This document shows, piece by piece, positions 1 to 8,994 of a stretch of 36,598 bases of DNA. The stretch is taken from assembly GCA_051942245.1 (NCBI GenBank), contig JAVECL010000200.1, positions 1 through 36,598 on the forward strand, in the 5' to 3' direction. Made by a program: the position numbers and the translations under genes. The notes below the pieces were generated by a model that saw only the letters and a program-made list of their open reading frames with translations, ran no database searches and was not told the DNA's origin. Positions within the stretch are counted from its first letter, which is position 1. Every line of letters starts with the position of its first letter. The DNA is from Trypethelium eluteriae. Its lineage: Eukaryota.

Positions 1-1169
1 CCGAACCCCTCCTCCCAATCCAACGCCACAAACGCCGGACACACCCGACAGAGGCAGTCCTCCTCCGGCTGTGCCAAGCACAGCGCGCGACAGGGGCACC
101 CCTCATCGGCCTCGCAGCAGCACGGCAGCGCCGGGCCCCACGACCCCCGCTGCTGCAGCTGCCTGCGGCGCTCCGCGACCCAGCGGTCCTCAGCCACCTT
201 CTCGGCGTCGAGGAGCGCCTCGTTCTTGTCCCACAGCAGCGCAGCGACGCCGCCGACGTGCAGCGCGTTGGTATTCTTGAGCCCGGGGATCTCGGAGGGG
301 TTGGCGTCGGGGTAGGCTGGTCCGTTCTTGATGCGGATCCAGCGGTCGAGCGTGTGCATGAGGGAGGGGTTTTGGAGGGTGGTCCATTTTCGCGCGAGGA
401 AGTACGCCATGTCGTAGTAGGTGAAGGGCTCGTTGTCAGCGTTGTCGTCGCTGCTGGCGTCGCAGTAGTAGCCGCGGGTGTGGAGAACGACGTCGCGGAA
501 GTTGTCGAAGTGGGCGAGGCGAAGGCGGAGGTCGTCGTAGTAGGTGCGGATCTTGGCGCAGGTGAGGTAGTAGAGGTCTTCGAAGTCCCAGAGGCGCTCG
601 AGGTTGCCGGCAATGGTGACGGTCGGCGTCTTGCACATTTCTGTGACTGCTGGATTTTTGGAATGTATAGAGCGAGAGCGGCTGGGGGTATGGGTTATGT
701 TCCGACGAGCAGGTTTCGTGAGGGCTTCGGGTAGTTCCTCAGATATAGAGTTCTCAATGAATGGACCGTCGCATGATGGCTTTGGTTTTTTGACAGGGGA
801 GACTGATCGTGATCTCGATGATGATTCGATCGATTTACGCTTAACGCGATCAGTGCGATTAATCGCCCAATTGAGATGGCTGTGATCGGTCGTAATCTAT
901 CCAATGTCAAAAATGTATTTCGAGCAGGTCTCCAGCCATTGCTGGTTGTGAATTGCAAGAAGGTGGGATTAGCTGCTTACCTTATGAGCCCAAATGTCGG
1001 TAAATTTCTCATGCTTAGCAAGCTGCATCGCCGTTTTACGGATGATTTCGCAGGCTTCATCTTCTAGAAGAGGCGGGACACTGAAGTCTAGGAAGAAATC
1101 TGCTGCATTGGCTGAGAGGTCAAGCTCGCGCAGGTTGACCCTGTTAGGGTTTGGACAAAAGTGCTCCAT
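1..1169 (-). CDS. Hypothetical protein, 3'-truncated by window edge; Cys-rich segment near the edge
   Basis: Exon 981-1169 (MEHFCPNP...WAHK) ends at a GTAAGC donor (980). A likely 84-nt intron 897-980 (TTGAC branch, TAG acceptor) joins it in frame to a stop-free reading frame 896->1 (ITTDHSHLNW...MCKTPTVTIAGNLERLWDFEDLYY...PCCCEADEGCPCRALCLAQPEEDCLCRVCP...) with strong GC3 bias in 1-640. Missing from the ORF track because its stop lies outside the window. A further upstream exon is possible. Confidence 0.65.
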
Positions 1170-2463
1170 GACTATCGCTTATGCTTTAGTCAAATGATAT
1201 TAGGGGAGCAGATAGTATTCGCAAGAAGTGCGCTGCTGGAATGTAGAAGCAATTGCTAAGTGCAAGATGATTGTCGAGGAAGTATGCGAGAGAGCAGAAG
1301 TGAAACGTAGAGTAGAGAAAGAAGAGGCGGAGGGAACTCAAGAATAAGCTCTACAGGTGGCTGGCTATTGCGCTCATCATTGCTCTCGCCAAAAAATCCA
1401 ACTACTTTGAATGGTTGGAAAATGGGGTGGCAGGAGGTGTGAGGTACGGGATGTGATGTCTGAAGAAGACGAGAGTTCCACCTATTGTTATGTGTTGAAC
1501 TTATCACCTAGCTGTACACACTTACTGTCTCCACCTTGACAGACAATCTGGACATCCAGCCGATTACCGAATATATCGTCAAGATGCTTAACCGACGAGG
1601 GAGCTGATGCAAAGATCCGAACACAAAGTCGGTCAGCAAGACCGAAGCAATTATTCCGAGCGGATCACGACGACTCACAACCCTCAAGAAGGCCCAAAGA
1701 GAGGCTAAAACTCACTGTACGCGGAGAACTTACGCAGAAATGTTTTCCCTCGCGAAAGAAAGCACCGCCAAGTTTTCCAACCTTGATCGATGCTAAGAAT
1801 TTTAGACGTGAATGAGAGCGGACCAAACTTAACCACGATAGCCCAAATTCCTCGAGCAAGAGTACAACCCCTTGCTGGTTTTCCTAGTCCCCACAATGGA
1901 ACATTGCTTGCCATAGAATGTTCTACTCATGCGCTGAGTGAAATAGCCAATGGAATGCAAGTCTTGTGGAAAGTATTCGCTACATTGACGATATGATGGA
2001 ATAGATGGTATCAGTTTGACAAATGGGGGCTTTCTTTGCTGGTAGCAGATGTCTCTGGCTCAAAGGTCACATTACAACACGTCCATGCTATCTGACCGTA
2101 GCCTTGAGTTGGGCTTTACAGTACACCCACATAGGCCGCGTGGTTGGATATCTCTGCAGAGCCTGCGACCGAAATTAACCAGTGTTGCTTATTCGCAATT
2201 GTGAAGAGCCGAGTTTCGCTATGGGCAACACTACAGCTGTTCTGATGTCGACACAAGAAGTGATGTTGTGAGGTTAGAATTTTGGACACTGTTTGGTCCT
2301 AGCGTGGCGCTAGTCCCGTTGCAAGCGACCAGGGTTTGGTGCATCGAGATTCTGCTCAACTCATCCACCCACCACCCGAGTAAGGGTTGTGCAATGACTG
2401 GGCGCCAAGCAGAATCTGAAATGCTGACTGGCGACAAGGCGTAGGGATAACCAAGTGGAGTTC

Positions 2464-3930
2464 TCAGCCAACGCGGGACTCTTGCCTCCGTTCTCGCCAT
2501 CCTCCCACACCTAAGATACCTCCATCTTCAGCATGAGGATCCATACTCCACTTCCTCAACGGACGACATCCAAGATCTGTCTCATACCCTGCTTCAAACA
2601 TCTCCATCCCTGCCCACGCGACCATAGCTGCGTTGTCAGTGCAAAGCTCCACTGGCGGGAACACCAAGTCAACTCGTCCGTAGCCTCGTGCGTCCAGATA
2701 CGACCGGAGTACCTTCTTCAAGAATCCATTGGCCGCCACACCTCCACTGATAACCAGCGTAGTAATTTTCTCTGCCATATCCTGGTCTATTTCCTTCATG
2801 TTGTTCAACCCTAGTACGACTCGCGTAGCCAAGTGCTCAAACGCAACGCGCATAGCCTCTCGAGCCAAGTCTCTTCTTTCATCTTCACTTATATTATGCT
2901 GCCTTCTTTCGCCAGATCCCCCTCGCTCGACAAACCGCTCCGCAGCACTGCATAGCCCAGAAAAGCTGTATTCCATGCTTTTATTCCGAGTACCACTCTG
3001 TGTTACTGCCAGTGGCGGCTGGAAGCCCCAGCCCCATTCTGTAACTCGCCTTGTCAGCTCTTGTGCCCTTGTGTTCGGTGTCTCGTAGCCATCGTAGTCT
3101 GCACTACCGTTCGGGAAAGCAAAACGCTCCAGAAGGGGTCCAAACATGGTGGACGTCGACCTAGTGATGACAGTCTGATGGAGAACGACGCGTGCAATTT
3201 TGTCAAGGGCATCACCAATTGCGATGTCAGTGGTCGTAGCCAGAGTGGTGTGAGAGACTAAGGAGCTGGAGTGAAGGAGGAGTGTGTGGCCGCCGGAGAC
3301 AAGTAACGAAAGAAAGGGGAAGCTTGGTGTAACATCACGCCTCTTCTCGTGAAGCGCACATACTAGACGTGGTGTTAGAGCATGAGCTTGCATATGATGC
3401 ACGCCGACCAGCGGCCGCTGCCAAGCTACGCCGAGTCCTTTAGCAAAGTCTAGGCCAACTGAGAGGTTAGAGCGCATGCCTGGTCCTCGGGTTACAGAGA
3501 CGAGATCCGGAATCCTGACTTCGGAAGCATATCCATCACCACTGTGCCGAACATTGTCCCCGATGTTCTCTTGCTGGTTCAATTTGAGACCATTGATCTG
3601 TTCGTCAGACCTCGGGAGATATTGTAAAGCACGATCTACCAGTCTCGCCAGGTTGACTTGGTGCGATTCAAGAGCTATGATGGGATGGATGCCATCGTAG
3701 GCTTTGCTATTTGCGGTAATCTTCTCATGAAAGCATATATATGCGCCATTTCGCGAATTTGAAGTCGGCTCCCGAGGGGTCACTCGCTCCAGGATAGCAA
3801 CGGAGGTGTCATCGCACGAACTTTCGATGGCAAGCGTGGTGAACCAGCATGAGTTCGACACACAGACTGGACGGATGGATATGCGGCTCAGTCTTTTGCA
3901 AGGGAGCCATGGCCGCACAACCCGCAACAT
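2464..3930 (-). CDS. QRI7: Mitochondrial tRNA N6-adenosine threonylcarbamoyltransferase (Kae1/TsaD/Qri7 family)
   Basis: Intronless 488-aa ORF with LAIESSCDDT, VHHMQAHAL (HxxxH), LLVSGGHT, GDALDK, SGGVAAN and CTDNAAM motifs; Arg-rich, acid-free N-terminus typical of a mitochondrial presequence. Confidence 0.93.
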   Translation of the reverse strand: MLRVVRPWLPCKRLSRISIRPVCVSNSCWFTTLAIESSCDDTSVAILERVTPREPTSNSRNGAYICFHEKITANSKAYDGIHPIIALESHQVNLARLVDRALQYLPRSDEQINGLKLNQQENIGDNVRHSGDGYASEVRIPDLVSVTRGPGMRSNLSVGLDFAKGLGVAWQRPLVGVHHMQAHALTPRLVCALHEKRRDVTPSFPFLSLLVSGGHTLLLHSSSLVSHTTLATTTDIAIGDALDKIARVVLHQTVITRSTSTMFGPLLERFAFPNGSADYDGYETPNTRAQELTRRVTEWGWGFQPPLAVTQSGTRNKSMEYSFSGLCSAAERFVERGGSGERRQHNISEDERRDLAREAMRVAFEHLATRVVLGLNNMKEIDQDMAEKITTLVISGGVAANGFLKKVLRSYLDARGYGRVDLVFPPVELCTDNAAMVAWAGMEMFEAGYETDLGCRPLRKWSMDPHAEDGGILGVGGWRERRQESRVG

Positions 3931-4732
3931 TCAGGTTGGATAGTAGAGAAATGCTCTCCAGCATTTTTTCATTGCGAGAGGCGGCACGAAGGTATAGCTC
4001 TTGAGCTATGCTCATACAGGCTAGTCGGTGTTGACCCAAGGCGCAACGTCCATTACTTCCTTGCTCGCCAGATCCGCAACATCCGTACAATCTTCCTCTC
4101 CACTAGTGATCATCTTCGCTGTTCTGAACGTGACCGCAGGACCTTACAATATGCCGAAAATGCGCAATGATCCAGGAAAGTGGGTTTCTACGAATTGCGG
4201 TTGTATTCAAGGTACAGACGTCGCAAGAGTCTCGTATCGTCCAAATCTGCCGCATAACACTACAGGCAAGAAGAAACTGCTCCTCCAAATGAATTGCGGC
4301 ATTTACTGACGCATTCCTTGTATTATATCTCTCACCTCAAATCTCAGCCCCTCTTTAATTGCCGCGGAGGTCCGCTGGGCATAAGCAAAAGGTGCGAAGA
4401 CGCTTACCAAACTCCTGTGCCTAATGCCATTGACGAATGAGCAACGCCATGCTACGCCGTGTGGGCATATCATATTTTCAAGCTTCCTGCATGATGCGTT
4501 AGCATGACGAGATATTTCTCTCGTGCGCTCTGTAATGTCAAGTAAGCTTCGTACATAAAGTGTGCCCTCTCAAGGCATCATTTCGGTCGTCGTGTCTTCC
4601 TATCCCAATTTACCTAAGTCCTTCATATACCGACTAAGACCTCAAGCAGGCGTCTTTCAGAGCCTCAATCGGCTTTGATTGAAGCTTCTCTGTTTACTCC
4701 GTTGTTAACTCGCTTCCAAGGGTCCTTTTGCG

Positions 4733-4924
4733 ATGCCTATCCTCAACGTCGCTGTGTCCGAGCCACGCCATGAGTTTGCTTCGTCTTTGCATGAACTAGT
4801 AAAGCGCAGCAATTTCGCGTCTCGAGAACCAGGCGTTATCCTTGTCTTCGTCATCGTTTTTCTCGTCGCGTGTGCTTTACTCGGCATATTCATATCTAAG
4901 CAGATCCAGAAGAATCGGAGCTGA
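4733..4924 (+). CDS. Small (63 aa) single-pass membrane protein
   Basis: ATG 4733 to TGA 4924; LVKR dibasic site followed by NFASREPG, a ~20-aa hydrophobic helix (VILVFVIVFLVACALLGIFI) and a basic tail (SKQIQKNRS). Resembles from memory a recurrent small hypothetical protein type in Pezizomycotina. Confidence 0.6.
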   Translation: MPILNVAVSEPRHEFASSLHELVKRSNFASREPGVILVFVIVFLVACALLGIFISKQIQKNRS

Positions 4925-6539
4925 AGAGAAATCCTCAGCACGGAGAAAGGCATGCAATCTCGCCAAAGCCCAGCTACTGAGACTGACCAGAGATTGAGAT
5001 TAGTGGACACACAAGTACATATCTTTCTGCTATGCAGGGGTTACGCGAGACGCCCAAGCCATAGTTGTGAGATTGGGTATATTGGTTGCCTGGGACCAGA
5101 GTTGAGAAGATCTTTGAAGCAGCAAAAAGCCAGAGCTTATGAGCCGCTTTTATAACTTAGCACAGATGTTTTGTTAGCATATTAGCTAGATTTTCGTAGA
5201 CCTACGAAAAAGTGCAACGACGCAAGTAACGCTTAAGACACGACTGGACCCATTCCCATAGGTAGATCTGAGCAGTGAGTAAGGTTCCTGCTTTCATGCC
5301 TCTGTACAAAGCTTGTGCAAACAAAGGACGTTGCCCTGTATCCATTAATTTTGGAGCCGAAGCATCAGTCTATCCTGCCTAAAAAGTTCCGGATACTCTA
5401 CGCAGAAGGCCAAAGTACCACGGATTTTGCAAAAGCGGCACCTGCTACCGGGCCGCTTCGAAGGAATGGTTTCTTACCTATCCGTCTTCGAGTGATAATT
5501 AGCCTATCGATGGGGAAATGTCAGAAGCTCAGCACTGTCTTAGCCCACAGAGAGAACTTCTAACATTGGTATTGGTAGCTCAACGGGCAGACCATTCCAG
5601 GCACGAGGAGGATGGCCCATTCACGTCAAAACCAGGAGCATAAGCAGAATTCTCTCTGAGCTATGTCTTATAATGCGTATCGGATGCATAGAGATGGGTT
5701 TGTTTAAGGTACCTATTGATCGATGCGCAAGGCCGTACGGAGAACGGAGTACATACGGTGCCGGCATGCTGGTCGGAATTGGTGGGTGAGGACGACCTTC
5801 ATTAGTCAGCCAGATCAGCCCATCCATCATCCGTCACCCGTCTTCCATCCCGCGAACTTGACGAAAAGGGCGCCAAACTCCCTTTGCAACTCTTCACCTA
5901 CTCTGCACTGGTAGCTAGTCTGCCTTCTCTGCCCTGACTAACATGGCAGGGTACTTAGTTGTTTCGCTTGAGGATGCATCAGGCACAAAATCCGACCCTC
6001 AGGGTCTGAGAATCCTAATCTCCTGGGGCATGTATGCTAACTCACGCTCCTTCTTGGCCCCCAGAAGCTTCGGACGCTAATGTCTGCACGTTGCGTGCCG
6101 CATTCGGTCCATCTTTGTAGCTGACGGCTCGCCAAGGTTAGCTTTGGCTTTCACTAAATTTGCTTTTATACGCCCAGGTGAGCCGAACCACTAGACAGAC
6201 GCTGAGTGGAGACTTTCTAGCCGTATGAGAAGATCTACGCCAGGTGTATCTACAAATCAGCTCACCTGTAAGTCTACAGTTAATTACATACCAAACGTGC
6301 CTCTCTCAGGTGCCCATTGAGCCCCCAACAGGCTAGTGGTCACCCACGCCAACTGGTTGTATCCGATAAGTAGGTATGCAAGGTTGTCGCAAAGCTGAAG
6401 GTCGCTTTGATTCATCTCCGTTTTCTCTGCAATGTCCTTCCTCTACACTTCCTTCATACTGAGTTGCAATCTCCTTGAATGAGAGTAGTTGCAAAGCCGG
6501 TGGTCCTCGAGAAATCTTCGCGACGCTACTAATATCGGA

Positions 6540-7608
6540 ATGTCAACAACGCGGACCGTCCTTGGGCCTCTCACGACTACATACACATTTCCAGAGGCCT
6601 GCACGAATCTTGTCGCTGCGCAAGGCGAAGGTCAAGGTAACGCCTGGCAGGCACAAAGCTGCGCAGTTTCGACTTTCTCGGACGACACCTATACAGACTC
6701 CCAAGAAGACGACGCGGCTTGTTGGCCAACAGTCACAGCCTCGACCCCTACGCCGCCCTTGGAGGGCTGGGGTTTTTATTCTCCAGGTCTTGTGTGCCCG
6801 GCCGGGTGGACCTCAGCATGTACAGCTGCACTGTCTAGCAATGGACAGACCTCACCAGTCATTTCAGGAACGAGCTTCACGCCCCAATGGAGTCTGACAG
6901 CTGGTGAGACTGCTGTAGGGTGCTGTCCGACGTATGGATACCATTACATACAATTGCAGGCGCAGACTGATATGAAATTTCTATACTAGTGGCTACAGCT
7001 GCTTCGGCATCAACCCTGTTCACGCCGCGCAAACCTGTATCAAGCGAGTATCTTCTACTGCATTTCCCAGAGTGACGTGCACGGTTGGTCAATTCGTGAC
7101 TGATGAAACCTTCTCGATCCCATACGCCTACTCCAAATCAACAGTCTTCGATGACAACAATAATCCCGAGTCAACATCTACATTGACCGACGACTTTATG
7201 TCGCTCTATGCTCCACTCATACAAATAAATTTCAAAGACTCAGATCGGACGCTCGCCGCGTCACCCGCCAAGACATCCCCAACAACCGGCCCTACACAAT
7301 CTCCACTACCATCTCCTGGTGGTCTTTCGACTGGAGCAAAGATAGCGATTGGAGTAGTCATACCTGTCGTGGCGCTAATAGCTGCTGCTTTCCTGCTGCG
7401 CTACTTCTATCGCCGAAGGCAACGAGCCGGAAGGGAACTCGTCCCGGTCGAACCCCCTACATACCATGATCGCGCAGAACTAGCGGAGACGCCTGCACAG
7501 TATGAGTTATCTGCAGCAGACAAGCCACAGGAGCTGCAGAGTCTGGGCGAACAGGAGAGACTTTACGAACTTCCAGATCATAGGAGAGAGCAGGATACAG
7601 AGGATTAA
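6540..7608 (+). CDS. Cys- and Thr-rich single-pass membrane protein (fungal LGPLTTT...YSPG.CP.GW...CCP type)
   Basis: Exons 6540-6931 and 6990-7608; intron 6932-6989 (GTATGG...CTGAT...TAG) joins CCPT/GYSC in frame. Motifs LGPLTTTYT, WQAQSC, CWP, FYSPGLVCPAGWTSAC, GCCPTGYSC; TM helix GAKIAIGVVIPVVALIAAAFLL followed by RRRQR; cytoplasmic tail with PPTY and repeated (A/Y/Q)EL units. Confidence 0.85.
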
Positions 7609-8994
7609 TTGTCCGTATTTTCACGAAATGGGAAAAAGTATAATTCTAATCAAAAATTTCAAAGAACTCAAAAGATCAAAGTCTCTACATATATCCACAG
7701 TGTGCTGACCGAAGATGCTAAACTATTGCGAGCGAGCTCTCGCTCGTTGAAGGCCCCAAACAAGCAGTAACAGACCATTCACTTGACAACCCTCCCATCA
7801 AGTTCAAGACTATCACAATTAGGCAGCGCCTCCTCAAACATCATTGCGCGAGAAAGCCGTTGGCTGATGGGGGTATTCGCGTCCCCCTTCACGGCTCATC
7901 TTACAGTGGCTTGCCGAAATCCTACCAAAAGTTGCTTTAATCTACTGTCGTGTCAATCACCAATACTATAGATGTATCCCAGAATTCGATTGCTCGGTAT
8001 AGTGAATTTGGGACTGGAGGCGGCAGAAGAGCGTCCCCTCAATGCTATACCTCTTCCGAGCCGCTCTATTATATGATCACAGGCCTCAGCTGTGCTCATG
8101 AGATAACAAAACTAACTGCCAATTCCCTCGCACAGAGTGTGGAATACTCCAAGCGACATTCCTACCGCCATGAGCCTTTTTACAAGATTGAGTCAAAGTC
8201 AAGATACATATCTCTACGCATCACTTCGAACTCGAGTTTCGTAAAGCTGAGTTTCTCTGAAGAACTCATCAGATGCGTTTCGCCTAACGGACCGGGCATT
8301 TGAGGCGCGATTTCTAGGTTCCTGACAAAATTGACATCTAGAAGAGCTTTCTGTTCTGCGGATCCATTTGGCTTTAACTTTGCCGTTTCCCTTCTTTTCT
8401 GTTTTTTGTTCTCGACTGTCATGCCTTTTAGGTCACCTCGATGCTCATCTGCCGATGAAAGTGTACTGCTCATAATTTTTTACTTTCACGGAGTATCAGC
8501 TTGCGGACGGCATTACGATCCATTAAGCTATGGCCGTCTCAAGACAATGTCGCAACGAGGCTCCTTCCTCAGATTTTCTCGGGGTCAATATTGCAATATT
8601 GTCCGCATGTCTCATTGATTCTCATGCTAATGCCGTTGACATACACATTCTTGTGCCGTTTGTTGCCAAGTCCATACAATGCCATAGAAAGAAAAGGGGA
8701 CAAGGAAGAAACAATCCGAAGCAGTAGTGCCTCTGAACAAGCTCTCTGAAATCTCAGCAACACACAAGAATCTTCCGAGATACCTTGTATACCTGTCTCG
8801 ACTTCTACTGCCTTCTTGCAGGTCGTCAACTCAATTATCTCCAGTACACCACCCCCTTCGAGTAATTCTCCAATCTGTACCTCGAATACCACCAAGCTCG
8901 TATTCTCCCAAGGCATCACAGACTGCAGCCCAGTCGTAACCTGAATCATCGTCTTGAGCGCGCAGTCTTCTGCAATTATGCCCGTCTCACGCCT

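Noticed and set aside
1256..2460. Several short ORFs and ATG-less open frames between the left-edge gene and QRI7
   Set aside because: No recognisable motifs, codon bias or coherent splice model.
4020..4554. Minus-strand intron-like segment (GTACGA 4554 ... GCTAAC ... CAG 4487) and further GTAAG donors upstream of QRI7
   Set aside because: Could not assemble a stop-free multi-exon CDS; may be leader/non-coding splicing or chance, and needs RNA-seq.
7729..7746. GC-rich hairpin CGAGCGA-GCTC-TCGCTCG as a possible Helitron 3' end
   Set aside because: No CTRR terminus at the expected distance on either strand and no other element features.
7783..8949. ORFs 8180-8473(-), 8569-8949(-), 7950-8303(+) as a gene or pseudogene
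   Set aside because: No family motifs; splice models needed weak donors and hit stops. 8180-8473 cannot be wholly excluded as an orphan gene.
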